In this document: one piece after another, positions 10,540 through 20,587 of the stretch
How positions within the stretch are numbered: the stretch's first letter is position 1
How the letters are laid out: every line of letters starts with the position of its first letter
Source: Methanococcus maripaludis
Lineage (GTDB): Archaea > AGJL01 > Methanococci > Methanococcales > Methanococcaceae
Length of the DNA: 32,000 nucleotides
Direction of reading: 5' to 3'
Assembly (NCBI RefSeq): GCF_002945325.1
Contig: NZ_CP026606.1
Location: 60,001 to 92,000 of the forward strand
Notes under the pieces: model-generated
Told to the model about the DNA's origin: nothing
What the model saw: only the letters and a program-made list of their open reading frames with translations
The model's database searches: none
Translations under genes and position numbers: made by a program

Positions 10540-12081
10540 ATGTGTTCGATAAGTGGAATTATAGCAAAGGACGAGGAGGGCTCGGGGAGCCGTAGTCTGC
10601 TGAAAAATATCCAAAAACATGTTATAAACATGATGAAAATATTAAAGCATCGGGGTCCGGATTATTCTGGAATGATGTTTGATGATGAAGTTCTCTATTT
10701 TGAAAATTTTGATGATATTACCGAAAATACTGAAACAATTTCTCGAATGGCAATGGGCCACAACAGGCTTGCTATCGTGGGAACTGCGGTTCAGCCGATT
10801 CCAAATACTGACGAATCTATTTGGATTATCTGTAACGGTGAAATTTACAATCACGTTGAATTGAGGGACGAACTCTCAGTAGAACACGAATTTAAAACTG
10901 ATACTGATTCTGAGGCAATTATTCATGCCTATGAGGATGAACTCGTTGATGTTTTAGATGGTGATTACGCCTACGCAATTTACGATAAAGAAAAAAATAT
11001 TATTGAACTAAGAAGAGATTTAATGGGCGTAAAACCGCTTTATTATATTGATATGGATGAATATTTTGCGTTTGCATCAGAAAAAAAGGCTCTTTACTAC
11101 TTATTAATGGAAATTAATGAAATGGATTACAAAAGCGCTTTTAATTACGATATATCACGGCTTAATCCAAATTCAAGGCTTGTTTATGAATTAGATGAAA
11201 ATTCATGGTATATTGAAGAAGACCTTGAAAAAGTAAATCCCGATTATTTCGAAGAAAATGATTATGAATTGTGTAAAAATGAACTTGAAACTACAATTTT
11301 AGATTCGGTTTTAAAAAGAGTAAACGGACTCGAACGCGTTGGAATAATATATTCTGGCGGTGTTGACAGTACCCTTATCTCAAAACTTGCATCTGAAAAC
11401 TGCGATGTTACACTTTATTCCGTGGGTTCAGAGAATTCTGAAGATTTAATATATGCTGAAAGGGCTGCAAAAGACATGGGGCTTAACTTTAGAAAAAAAA
11501 TAATTTTAGAAGATGAATTTGAAGAATACGTTATAAAAGTTGCAAAAGCAATAGATGAACTCGATGTAATGAAGTTAAGTGTTGGAATTCCGATATTTGC
11601 AGCTTCAGAAATGGCAAAAGAAGACGGAATAAAGGTAGTACTTTCAGGCCAGGGTGCAGATGAATTATTTGCAGGCTACAATAGATACCAGAGAATTTTA
11701 AACGAAAAAGGAGAAGAAGGCCTTAAAAAATCAATAATTTCAGATGTCTTTGATATTCACAAAGTCAATCTTGAAAGGGATGATCATTGTACGATGGCAA
11801 ACGGTGTTGAATTAAGGGTTCCTTTCTTAGATAAGTTTGTAATTGATGTAGGACTTTCAATTCCTGTCGAATATAAAATTGAAGAGCCAAGAAAAAAGAT
11901 ATTAAGAGACATTGCTTCAAAATATGTTCCAGATTATATTGCACAACGGCCAAAAAAAGCAGCACAGTATGGTAGCGGAAGCGAAAAAATGGTCTATGCA
12001 GTTGCAAAAAAACACGGATATTCTAAAAAGGAAATTAATAAATTTTTTGAAGAATACTTAATTGAAAAAATAAAATTTTAA
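10540..12081 (+). CDS. asnB: Asparagine synthase (glutamine-hydrolysing)-like protein
   Basis: 513 aa; N-terminal Cys2 class II glutamine amidotransferase (MCSISGI, HNRLAIV, CNGEIYNH), PP-loop YSGGVDSTL, SGQGADELFAGY. Confidence 0.92.
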   Translation: MCSISGIIAKDEEGSGSRSLLKNIQKHVINMMKILKHRGPDYSGMMFDDEVLYFENFDDITENTETISRMAMGHNRLAIVGTAVQPIPNTDESIWIICNGEIYNHVELRDELSVEHEFKTDTDSEAIIHAYEDELVDVLDGDYAYAIYDKEKNIIELRRDLMGVKPLYYIDMDEYFAFASEKKALYYLLMEINEMDYKSAFNYDISRLNPNSRLVYELDENSWYIEEDLEKVNPDYFEENDYELCKNELETTILDSVLKRVNGLERVGIIYSGGVDSTLISKLASENCDVTLYSVGSENSEDLIYAERAAKDMGLNFRKKIILEDEFEEYVIKVAKAIDELDVMKLSVGIPIFAASEMAKEDGIKVVLSGQGADELFAGYNRYQRILNEKGEEGLKKSIISDVFDIHKVNLERDDHCTMANGVELRVPFLDKFVIDVGLSIPVEYKIEEPRKKILRDIASKYVPDYIAQRPKKAAQYGSGSEKMVYAVAKKHGYSKKEINKFFEEYLIEKIKF

Positions 12082-12111
12082 ACTTTTTTTAATTTAATTT
12101 CTAAATATTAA

Positions 12112-12945
12112 TTAAATGTCAATTTCTCCTTCAAAGACGGTTGTTGCAGGACCTGTCATGTAAATGTGGTTATCGTTTTCATTCCATTCAATTATTAAAT
12201 CTCCACCGAGAAGTTTGACTGTTGATTTCCTACCAACGTATCCTTTTAAAATTGATGCCACTAAAACTGCACAAGCGCCAGTTCCGCATGCGAGTGTTTC
12301 GCCAGCTCCTCTTTCCCAAACTCTCATTTTAACAGTATTTTTATCAATTAATTCAACAAACTCGACATTTGTTTTTCTTGGGAATTTTTCGTGGATTTCA
12401 AATAAAGGTCCTATTTTTTCAAGCGGGAATTCGCTTACATTTTCGATATATGTTATTGCATGTGGGTTTCCCATTGAAACACAGGTGAAATAGTAGCTGT
12501 AATCTTTTGCAGTAATTTCTTCATCAATTACAGGATGTTTTTCACTTAAAACAGGAATTTCTTCTGCTTTTAAGATTGGTTCTCCCATATCAACTTTTAC
12601 TAAAACTACTTTACCGTTTTCAACAGTCATTTCGAGAACTTTTATTCCCGCGAGTGTTTCAATAGTTATTGTTGATTTATCGGTCATTTTTTTATCATAA
12701 ACGAACTTTCCAACGCATCTAATTGCATTACCACACATTTCAGCTTCTGAACCATCTGAATTAAACATCCTCATTTTAAAATCGGCTACATCTGATGGGA
12801 GAATTAATACAAGTCCGTCTGAACCGATTCCAAAGTGCCTGTCGCTTACAAATTTTGAAATTTCGTTTGGATTTTCAATTTTTTGTGAAATTGCATCTAC
12901 GTAGATATAATCATTGCCTAAGCCGTGCATTTTTGTAAATTTCAT
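12112..12945 (-). CDS. dapF: Diaminopimelate epimerase
   Basis: [47 protein letters not shown]. Start placed at 12945 (SD GGTGG just upstream) rather than the track's 12957. Confidence 0.97.
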   Translation of the reverse strand: MKFTKMHGLGNDYIYVDAISQKIENPNEISKFVSDRHFGIGSDGLVLILPSDVADFKMRMFNSDGSEAEMCGNAIRCVGKFVYDKKMTDKSTITIETLAGIKVLEMTVENGKVVLVKVDMGEPILKAEEIPVLSEKHPVIDEEITAKDYSYYFTCVSMGNPHAITYIENVSEFPLEKIGPLFEIHEKFPRKTNVEFVELIDKNTVKMRVWERGAGETLACGTGACAVLVASILKGYVGRKSTVKLLGGDLIIEWNENDNHIYMTGPATTVFEGEIDI

Positions 12946-13008
12946 TAAAACCACCATATGATATGGGTATTTTGGTAAATCATTTTTAAAAATAGTATGG
13001 GAAATAAT

Positions 13009-13257
13009 TTAAGCTTTAGCATTTATCTTTGATTCGTCAATAACAACAACGTCTCTAATTGCAGTTACTGTTCTGTATGGAACGAAAGTATAGTTTTCTG
13101 ATGAGGGGGAAACAGGGCTTTGTTCTGAAGGTTCAATATTTAATGAAATTATTCTACCTGTTTTTTCATCAATTACGATATCATCAACGGTACCGATGAT
13201 GCTACCTAAACTGCCAACTATGGATCTGCCATTTAATGATTTAAAGGATAATTTCAT
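13009..13257 (-). CDS. PRC-barrel domain protein
   Basis: 82 aa; GSIIGTVDDIVIDEKTGRIISLNIEP pattern of small archaeal PRC-barrel proteins; start codon overlaps the cobY stop (ATGA). Confidence 0.85.
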   Translation of the reverse strand: MKLSFKSLNGRSIVGSLGSIIGTVDDIVIDEKTGRIISLNIEPSEQSPVSPSSENYTFVPYRTVTAIRDVVVIDESKINAKA

Positions 13258-13862
13258 TCAATCACCTTATTAATTAAAGTTTCAACCAGTTTTTTATCGG
13301 AGAGAGTATTGACATTTACAATAATATCTTTAATAACATGGAGAATTTCGGTCTGTTCACCATGTTTTGGAGTTAATATATTGATACCTAAAGGTATGTA
13401 TCCGCCCATATTAATCGAGGGCGTTCCAACATAGTCATCATCTTTTGTGACTACACAAAAGGACTCTATGCGATTACAAGAATTGTTAACAAATAGATAA
13501 TCCTGTATTATACTATTAATAACTTTCGGCTTAATTGTGGGGATGTCGCTTGATAAAATTAAAAATGGTTCTTTAAAAAATTCCATACATTCATTTAGGT
13601 CATCGACATAATTTGTTCCCGAAGTACAAATTATATCTATCTTTGGATTATAATTTCGGTCTAAACGATATTTTTTTTCCAAATATTCTTTTGTTTTAGG
13701 GGTATGAATTGATACTGCGACATATATTTTTTCGATTTTGGAGTTTAAAAGGGAGTCGATAACATAATCGATCATCGGTTTTTCGCAGATGTTTAAAATT
13801 GGTTTTTCCACGTTTTCTTTTAGCCGCGTTCCTTTTCCGCCCGCCATGATTAGTGCATCCAT
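13254..13862 (-). CDS. cobY: Adenosylcobinamide-phosphate guanylyltransferase
   Basis: MDALIMAGGKGTRLKENVEKPILNICEKPMIDYVIDSLL, a nucleotidyltransferase of archaeal CobY type. ATG at 13862 has a GTGA SD; the track's 13871 GTG lies inside that SD. Confidence 0.87.
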   Translation of the reverse strand: MDALIMAGGKGTRLKENVEKPILNICEKPMIDYVIDSLLNSKIEKIYVAVSIHTPKTKEYLEKKYRLDRNYNPKIDIICTSGTNYVDDLNECMEFFKEPFLILSSDIPTIKPKVINSIIQDYLFVNNSCNRIESFCVVTKDDDYVGTPSINMGGYIPLGINILTPKHGEQTEILHVIKDIIVNVNTLSDKKLVETLINKVIE

Positions 13863-13946
13863 TTTTTTCACGCTAACATGATTAGTATGATTTATATAAC
13901 CCTGAAAACATATTTAAATGTGTCATTATCAATTCGGGGGATAATT

Positions 13947-14654
13947 ATGGAATATGTTTCTAAAAAAGAAATAAAGTATAAAGAACCTCTCGTAATTAGT
14001 GGTTTTCCAGGAATTGGCCTTGTTGGAAGCATTGCTTCATACCATCTTTTAAAAAACCTAAAAATGGAATATGTGGGGTACATTGAAGACCCGATGCTTC
14101 CAGAAATAATGATTGTTGAAGAAGGAATTGCATACCCTCCGGTTAGGGTTTATGCTCGCGATGATTTAGTAATATTTTTTTCAGATGTAATGATTCCTCC
14201 TGAATTAGTATATCCTATGTCAATTATGATATCTGACCGTTTAAAAGAAATAAATCCAAAAATGGTTGTAACACTGGAAGGATTTGCGTCGATGACTCCT
14301 GAAAAATCATTCTGGGTTTCATCGTCTGAAAAAATCCTGAATTCGGTTAAGGATGAAGAAATTCCTGCACTGCAACTTGGAATTATTGGGGGAATTTCAG
14401 GAGCACTTATGAAGTGCTGTAATGACAGGGATATTCCATCTGCATGTTTAATTACCGAAACGGTCGGTCTAAGGCCTGACCCTCGAGGAGCTTCTAAAAT
14501 AATTGAAAATTTAAATAAAAAATATAATCTGAATGCAGATACTGAAGAACTGATAAAAGAAGCTGAAAGTATCGAAGAAAAAATGAAAAGCCTTGCAAAA
14601 GAACATGCAAAATTAATGTCAAAGCCAAAAACTGAAAATCCTATGTATATGTAA
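13947..14654 (+). CDS. PAC2 family (proteasome assembly chaperone-like) protein
   Basis: Track ORF 13878..14654; likely ATG at 13947 after GGGGG. VISGFPGIGLVGSIASYHLL, GGISGALM, ETVGLRPDPRGASKIIENLN. Confidence 0.85.
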   Translation: MEYVSKKEIKYKEPLVISGFPGIGLVGSIASYHLLKNLKMEYVGYIEDPMLPEIMIVEEGIAYPPVRVYARDDLVIFFSDVMIPPELVYPMSIMISDRLKEINPKMVVTLEGFASMTPEKSFWVSSSEKILNSVKDEEIPALQLGIIGGISGALMKCCNDRDIPSACLITETVGLRPDPRGASKIIENLNKKYNLNADTEELIKEAESIEEKMKSLAKEHAKLMSKPKTENPMYM

Positions 14655-14672
14655 AACTAAAAAAGTGATATC

Positions 14673-15050
14673 ATGAAAGCATTAGCTTTGACGGGAGTGG
14701 GACCTTATGCAATTTCTGAAATTGTAAAAAACCACGTTAAAACGTTAAGTTTGAAAAATATTTGTAATTTGTTAGCATTAGAATCTTCAAATGTTGGAGA
14801 TTTCTTATTTATTACAAATGTTTCAAAAGAAGACGTAATTTCCGGAACTGAGGGATTGATTGTCCAGGTGAAGAATATCTCTATTAATAATCAGAACGGA
14901 TATTCGAGAAGCTGTGATGAAATAGAATCAATAGTTGGTAAAGTGCAGGTGGAACTTTTAGGCTATGCATCCTGTTCAAATGTGGTTGAAACCGGATTAA
15001 TGGATCCATCAGTTGTAATTTTAAAAGCAAAATCAGTATATGAACTTTAA
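14673..15050 (+). CDS. Small conserved archaeal protein (DUF473-like)
   Basis: 125 aa; MKALALTGVGPYAISEIVKNHVKTLSLKN; family assignment from memory of the pattern. Confidence 0.6.
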   Translation: MKALALTGVGPYAISEIVKNHVKTLSLKNICNLLALESSNVGDFLFITNVSKEDVISGTEGLIVQVKNISINNQNGYSRSCDEIESIVGKVQVELLGYASCSNVVETGLMDPSVVILKAKSVYEL

Positions 15051-15092
15051 TTATCACTAATAACCATTAAAACTAAAATCTGGTGAAAAAAA

Positions 15093-15287
15093 ATGCCCGT
15101 AATAACAATAGAAGCTGGATTAGTAAATAACGAGCAGAAAGAAAAATTAATTAAAGAATTTACAAAAGCTGCAAGCGAAATAATTGGACTGCCCGAAGAA
15201 AAATTTATCGTATTTATAAAGGAAAATGCGGATGAAAATGTCGGCGTTGGCGGAATTTCCCTTTTAGAACTTAAATCAAAAAGATAA
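15093..15287 (+). CDS. 4-oxalocrotonate tautomerase family protein
   Basis: 64 aa; MPVITIEAG...KEKLIKEFTKAASEIIGLPEEKFIVFIKENADENVGVGG, small tautomerase with Pro1. Confidence 0.87.
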   Translation: MPVITIEAGLVNNEQKEKLIKEFTKAASEIIGLPEEKFIVFIKENADENVGVGGISLLELKSKR

Positions 15288-15363
15288 CCGATAAGCATTT
15301 ATTCTATTTTTCATTAAAGTTTTTTTTAATTTTTAACAAGATATTAGCGAAGAGGCGATTTTT

Positions 15364-15945
15364 TTGAAGATACTTGGAATAAGCGGTTCACCAAGAAAAA
15401 ACGGGAATACGAGTACCCTCGTAAAAGAAGCGTTAAAAGCTGCCGAAAATGAAGGTTTTGAAACAGAATTTATTTCACTCTCAGGTCTTGAGTTAAATCC
15501 TTGCATTGCATGCGATATGTGTAAAAAAGATGAAGGATGTATTATCGTAGATGATATGGAAGAAATTTTGGAAAAAATCGAAGATGCTGATGGCATAATT
15601 ATCGGATCTCCAGTTTACTTTGGAGGGGTTTCTTCACAGACAAAGATGTTAATCGATAGGTCAAGACCCCTTAGGGCAGGTTTTAAATTAAAATACAAAG
15701 TTGGTGCTGCAATTTCAGTTGGTGCTTCAAGAAACGGCGGTCAGGAAACTACTATAAGACAGATTCACGACTTTTACCTTATACAATCAATGATTGTTGT
15801 AGGGGATAGCGCTCCTACCGCACACTATGGGGGAACAGGTCGGGGAAAATCTCCAGAAGATACAAAAGAAGATACTGTTGGACTCGAAACTTCGAGAAAT
15901 ACTGGAAAGAGAGTTGCAGAAGTTTTGAAAAAAATGAAATTATAA
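15364..15945 (+). CDS. NADPH-dependent FMN reductase / iron-sulfur flavoprotein-like protein
   Basis: 193 aa, TTG start; [50 protein letters not shown]. Confidence 0.88.
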   Translation: MKILGISGSPRKNGNTSTLVKEALKAAENEGFETEFISLSGLELNPCIACDMCKKDEGCIIVDDMEEILEKIEDADGIIIGSPVYFGGVSSQTKMLIDRSRPLRAGFKLKYKVGAAISVGASRNGGQETTIRQIHDFYLIQSMIVVGDSAPTAHYGGTGRGKSPEDTKEDTVGLETSRNTGKRVAEVLKKMKL

Positions 15946-15976
15946 TACATTCATAATTTATTTTTTAATTACCATT

Positions 15977-16417
15977 ATGGGGGATTTTATGGATTTAACA
16001 GAAAGCCTGGAAATAAAAAAGTATCTAATAGAAAATGAACTTCAGGTTTACCCAACTCAGGACGTTCCTGAGGATTTACCTAATATAATTTGGGAAGGAG
16101 ATAACTGGAAAGATTTTTTGAAAATCGCAATTTTTGAAAAAGCATCGATAATATTTTTTAGAGAAGAGATTTTTAAAGATGCACACATCATTTCAAATAT
16201 AATTCCAACAACCGATTCTGATGAAAAAATCGTCGAATTTAACAATAAAATAAGATCTTTTGATAAATATATCGGAAAATTGGCAATATTTACAATGTAC
16301 TGGATAAAAAATGATATCGTTTATTCGTTTACCCAGAGTTCACAATGGGCTGAAGATTTTTTAAATATTTCGGTAATGCTTGAAAATACGGAAGATAGGG
16401 AAATTTTAGGAATGTAA
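15977..16417 (+). CDS. Hypothetical protein
   Basis: 146 aa ORF filling the interval; alternative start at 15989 with GGGGGA upstream fits better. Confidence 0.65.
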   Translation: MGDFMDLTESLEIKKYLIENELQVYPTQDVPEDLPNIIWEGDNWKDFLKIAIFEKASIIFFREEIFKDAHIISNIIPTTDSDEKIVEFNNKIRSFDKYIGKLAIFTMYWIKNDIVYSFTQSSQWAEDFLNISVMLENTEDREILGM

Positions 16418-16460
16418 TAATTTAAATTATATTTTTTTTCAAATCATTTTTTTAATTAAA

Positions 16461-16943
16461 TTATGGTGTGTGAAGGCCAAATAACAGTCCTAAACTGTAT
16501 CCAAAATATGCTACAAGTAAAAACCTAGGAATCCTTCCAAGAAGGGTTCCCGCACCAAATGAAACAAGATTCATTTTGAATATTCCTGCAAGCCATGCAA
16601 AAACCTTGTACGGAATCGGGGTAAAGCCTGCAATTGCAACATCCCATACACCAAATTTTTCGAAAAATGCTTTTCCTTTAATAAAATATTTTTCTTTGAA
16701 AATTTTCAAAAATACATTTGTTCCAAGTTTTTTTCCAAGAAAATAACCCGTATATCCGCCAGTAAGTGATCCAAAAGAAGCTACAAGGGCGCAAGTTACG
16801 GAATCTAATCCGAAAGCCGATGCGCCAATAATAAATATATCTGGTAGAATTGGCTGGATAACTGCCTCAGTAAATGCAATTAAAAATATTCCGAAATATC
16901 CATAGTTAAGTACAATATATTCTGCAAATTGGTAAAAATCCAT
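16461..16943 (-). CDS. DedA/VTT (YqaA-like) family membrane protein
   Basis: 160 aa hydrophobic; [58 protein letters not shown]. Confidence 0.85.
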   Translation of the reverse strand: MDFYQFAEYIVLNYGYFGIFLIAFTEAVIQPILPDIFIIGASAFGLDSVTCALVASFGSLTGGYTGYFLGKKLGTNVFLKIFKEKYFIKGKAFFEKFGVWDVAIAGFTPIPYKVFAWLAGIFKMNLVSFGAGTLLGRIPRFLLVAYFGYSLGLLFGLHTP

Positions 16944-16957
16944 AATACACCTTATTT

Positions 16958-17338
16958 TTATCCTTTAACGAGTGCTCGAAGTATGTCCGTTTGAGATATA
17001 ACTCCAACTGCATTTTTTTGTTCATCGATTACCAAAAGGCCAGATACATCTGCATGGAGCATCATCTGTGCGGCATGTGTCACATCTGCATTTTCATCTA
17101 TCGTTAATATTTCTTTTGTAGAAACATCTTTTAGAGTTACATCCATTAATTCAAAAACCCCTTTTTCAAAGAACAGATGCGCCAAATCCCTGTAAGTTAT
17201 AACTCCATCGATATTTTCATCTATCCTTACAAAAACCCTTTTAACGCCCTTATGGTTCATTACTTTAAATGCCTCAAAAAGACTTTTTTCACTGTCAATG
17301 GTAAAAATTGTCGGGTTCATTAACTCTTTTACTTTCAT
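16958..17338 (-). CDS. Tandem CBS domain protein
   Basis: 126 aa; two CBS repeats ([13 protein letters not shown]..., [40 protein letters not shown]). Confidence 0.92.
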   Translation of the reverse strand: MKVKELMNPTIFTIDSEKSLFEAFKVMNHKGVKRVFVRIDENIDGVITYRDLAHLFFEKGVFELMDVTLKDVSTKEILTIDENADVTHAAQMMLHADVSGLLVIDEQKNAVGVISQTDILRALVKG

Positions 17339-17389
17339 AAACGTTCCCCTCTCTTTTTCGATAGATTAATATATAATTAAAATAAAGAA

Positions 17390-17408
17390 ATGTGTATTTG
17401 TGACACAT
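17390..17408. promoter_or_regulatory. Putative operator: inverted repeat ATGTGT-N7-ACACAT between divergent CBS and HTH genes
   Basis: Perfect 6-bp inverted repeat in the 185-bp divergent intergenic region upstream of the HTH regulator. Confidence 0.35.
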
Positions 17409-17523
17409 CCGCCGTATTTATGAACTAGCGTGAAATGTCTTATTTATATTATTTTAATGCAGTCTATTATTTTGAATTCACACTATATAATGGAACTCAT
17501 AGATTATATTCTTTGGTGGTGCA

Positions 17524-17916
17524 ATGAGCAAACTGGTACTTAATATGCCCTGCAACACATTTACACTTGAAACAATTATGTGTTGCGTGTTTGGACTGAA
17601 AGCATTTGATGTTGCAGTCTATTTCGAAATTTTAAGGTGTAAACCTGCAAAAATAAACGAAATTGCAGAATCACTAAATAGGGAGAGAAGCACAATTCAA
17701 AGATCAGCGCAAAGTCTGATGAATGCTGGCCTTATCCTTAGAAAACAGATAAATATTAAAGAAGGCGGTTATTACTACAAATACGAAGCTGTTCCTTTCT
17801 TAGACGTCAAAGAAAAGATTAAAAAAACTATGAATGACTGGAGTCGCGACGTTTGCAAATGGGTAGACGAAATAGATGAAAATGATGCAAATGAATTGAT
17901 AAACAATTTAATTTAA
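17524..17916 (+). CDS. Winged-helix HTH transcriptional regulator
   Basis: 130 aa; DVAVYFEILRCKPAKINEIAESLNRERSTIQRSAQSLMNAGLILRKQ HTH pattern; GGTGGTG upstream of ATG. Confidence 0.85.
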   Translation: MSKLVLNMPCNTFTLETIMCCVFGLKAFDVAVYFEILRCKPAKINEIAESLNRERSTIQRSAQSLMNAGLILRKQINIKEGGYYYKYEAVPFLDVKEKIKKTMNDWSRDVCKWVDEIDENDANELINNLI

Positions 17917-17944
17917 AGTAATTTGATAAAATATATGTGAAAAT

Positions 17945-18871
17945 ATGAAAATAACTTTTCTTGGAACCGGGGCTGCAATACCTACAAAATACAGAGCACA
18001 CCCTTCAATTTCCCTTAAATTCGATGGGGAAATATTTTTGTTTGATTGTGGTGAAAATACACAAAGACAGATTATTTTTACAGATGTATCTCCGATGAAA
18101 ATTAATAATATATTTATTACACACCTTCACGGCGACCACGTGCTTGGGCTTCCTGGATTATTACAATCGATTGCATTTCAGGGTCGGAAAAAAACATTAA
18201 ACATTTATGGTCCATCAGAAACGGCGAAAATGATTGAACATATCATGGGTGTTGGGTACCACTCGATTGATTATCCAATAAATGTTTATGAAATTTCTTC
18301 TAAAACGCCTGAAAAAATTATTTCAACGAATAATTACGAAGTTTTCAGTTATCCTGTAGTCCATTCAGTTCCTGCACTTGCATACGTATTCAAACAGGTT
18401 AAAAAACCAAGAATGGATTTGGAAAAAGTTAAAAAATTGGGGATTGAAATCGGGCCTGATTTAAAACGGTTAAAAGATGGTTTTAATGTCGAACTCAATG
18501 GAAAAATAATTACTCCAGAAGATGTATCACTCCCTCCAAAAAAAGGAATATGTGTTGGATACAGTGGGGATACTATTCCGTTAAACGAGTTTGCAGAATT
18601 TTTGAAAGAATTAAAATGTAATACATTAATTCATGAAGCTACATTTGACAAAACAATGGAAAGAAACGCAAAAGAAACGCTCCATTCAACAGCAACAGAT
18701 GCATTAAATATTGCAAAACTTTCAGGGGTTAGTACGGTACTATTAACCCACATATCTGCGCGATATGATAATATAGATGCTTTTGAAAGTGAAATTGTTG
18801 AATTTAAATCAGAAAATCCGGAAATTCATGTTTTAATTGCAGAAGATTTAATGGAGTATCCTTTAAAATAA
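17945..18871 (+). CDS. rnz: Ribonuclease Z (tRNA 3' endonuclease)
   Basis: 308 aa; [45 protein letters not shown]. Confidence 0.96.
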   Translation: MKITFLGTGAAIPTKYRAHPSISLKFDGEIFLFDCGENTQRQIIFTDVSPMKINNIFITHLHGDHVLGLPGLLQSIAFQGRKKTLNIYGPSETAKMIEHIMGVGYHSIDYPINVYEISSKTPEKIISTNNYEVFSYPVVHSVPALAYVFKQVKKPRMDLEKVKKLGIEIGPDLKRLKDGFNVELNGKIITPEDVSLPPKKGICVGYSGDTIPLNEFAEFLKELKCNTLIHEATFDKTMERNAKETLHSTATDALNIAKLSGVSTVLLTHISARYDNIDAFESEIVEFKSENPEIHVLIAEDLMEYPLK

Positions 18872-18885
18872 AAATAGGTGAAAAT

Positions 18886-19464
18886 GTGACAGAGTATTTT
18901 GAATATGCCGGAGTTGAAAATACGGAAAATACACTAAAATATGCGATAGAACGGGCAAAACTTGGAATTTCTGACATTGTCATTGCTTCATCTTATGGTG
19001 AAACTGCAAAAATACTCCTTGATATGCTAGAAAAAGAAAATTTAAATGTAAATGTGGTTGTTGTAACATACCATCAGGGATTTTCTGGACCTGATGTTGT
19101 AGCAATGCCTGAAAATGTCAAAAAAGACCTTGAAAAAAGAGGAGCAACAGTATTTAGCGGAACTCATGCGTTAAGTGGTGTTGAAAGGGGAATTTCAAAA
19201 AGATTTGGCGGATATGGGCCTGTAGAAGTTATTGCACAAACTCTAAAAACACTCGGACAGGGTGTTAAGGTATGTTATGAAGTAACGGTAATGGCGGCTG
19301 ATGCAGGACTTGTTTCAACGAAAAAAGAAATTATTGCAATCGGTGGAAGTAGCAGGGGTGCTGATTCTGCAGTTGTAATCCGGCCATCAAATATGAATAC
19401 ATTTTTTGACATCGAATTAAGAGAATTAATATGCATGCCAAAAAATAAGAAAAAGCATGAATAG
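18886..19464 (+). CDS. Pyruvate kinase C-terminal-like domain protein (COG1751-type)
   Basis: 192 aa, GTG start after GGTGA; IASSYGETAKILLDML, VVTYHQGFSGPD, VTVMAADAGLV, GTHALSGVERG. Confidence 0.75.
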   Translation: MTEYFEYAGVENTENTLKYAIERAKLGISDIVIASSYGETAKILLDMLEKENLNVNVVVVTYHQGFSGPDVVAMPENVKKDLEKRGATVFSGTHALSGVERGISKRFGGYGPVEVIAQTLKTLGQGVKVCYEVTVMAADAGLVSTKKEIIAIGGSSRGADSAVVIRPSNMNTFFDIELRELICMPKNKKKHE

Positions 19465-19544
19465 TTGAAAATACATGATATATGAAATGTTTATGAATAT
19501 CCCTCAAAGGTGATAAAATCGAAGAGGAAATAAAATTAACAAAC

Positions 19545-20552
19545 ATGGTTACACTACACGGATGAGCTTGCAAACTTCCAGACACCGAACTTGAAAATTT
19601 AGTAAAAGGCATAATTTCTGAAGATGATTTAAAATATGCAAAAGTGGGCCTTGGAGACGATGCCGCTGTTGTTATAAAAAATGGAATGGCAATTGTAAAA
19701 ACAATTGACGTTTTCACACCGATTGTAGATGATCCCTACCTTCAAGGAAGGATTGCGGCATGTAATTCTACCAGTGATGTATATGCAATGGGAATTTCTG
19801 AAATTATTGGTGGACTTGTATTCCTTGGAATTCCTCCAGAACTTCCAGTACCCGTTGCAAAAAAAATGCTTCAGGGTTTTCAGGACTTTTGCCGGGAAAA
19901 CGATACCACGATTATTGGTGGACATACCATTTTAAATCCGTGGCCTTTAATTGGTGGCTCGATTACTGGCGTTGGAAAAGAAGAAGACATTCTTACAAAA
20001 GCAGGATGTAAAAATGGCGATGTATTAATTCTTACAAAACCGCTTGGAAACCAGAGTGCAATGGCGCTATCAAGGGTTACCGAGGAATTTGAAGATTTAA
20101 TCGATATCCCAAAAGAAGAACAAAAATATATCTTTGAAAAAACCATTGAACTGATGACAACGTCTAATAGAATTGCTCTTTTACATTTAAGAGAACTTGA
20201 AAATGAGTTAGGCGAAAAAATTGCAAATGCAATGACCGATGTCACAGGATTTGGTATTTTGGGCCACAGTCAGGAAATGGCTGAACAAAGCAATGTTGAA
20301 ATTGAAATATCCTGCCTTCCAGTAATTAAAGGAACTCCAGAACTTGCTTCACTATTTGGACATGCTCTTTGCAGTGGAAAAGGTGCTGAAACCGCTGGAG
20401 GTCTTTTAATATCTACAAAACCAGAATACAAGGATAAATTAATTCAGAAATTCAAAGAAAATAATGTTTATGCATTTGAAGTCGGAAAAATAGTAAATAA
20501 TGGTGTCGGAATAGCTAAATTATCCGAAAATGTTGAGATTTTAGAAATATAA
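19545..20552 (+). CDS. selD: Selenophosphate synthetase, itself a selenoprotein; in-frame UGA (Sec) at 19563-19565
   Basis: Reading the frame upstream of the track ORF (19644..20552) gives MVTLHG-U-ACKLPDTELENLVKGIISEDDLKYAKVGLGDDAAVV. The UGA sits at the catalytic Sec/Cys position (HG[U/C]ACK) conserved in SelD. Start uncertain: ATG 19545 or a non-AUG codon near 19518. Confidence 0.95.
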
Positions 20553-20554
20553 AT

Positions 20555-20584
20555 ATAATCCGAACCTAAATTTAGGAGGATTAT
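20555..20584 (+). promoter_or_regulatory. Archaeal-type SECIS element in the selD 3' UTR
   Basis: ATAATCC-GAA-CCTAAATTTAGG-A-GGATTAT: 7-bp lower stem, asymmetric GAA/A internal loop and an upper CCTA/TAGG stem, the hallmark organisation of Methanococcales SECIS elements; starts 2 nt after the selD stop. Confidence 0.88.
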
Positions 20585-20587
20585 TTT

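Noticed and set aside
19563-19565. selD as a pseudogene disrupted by an internal stop
   Set aside because: The stop is TGA at the exact Sec position, the surrounding protein is intact, and a SECIS-like hairpin follows the gene.
19629-19935. ORFs 19629..19925, 19331..19717 and 19729..19935 overlapping selD
   Set aside because: They lie in other frames/strand over the convincing SelD coding sequence; no motifs.
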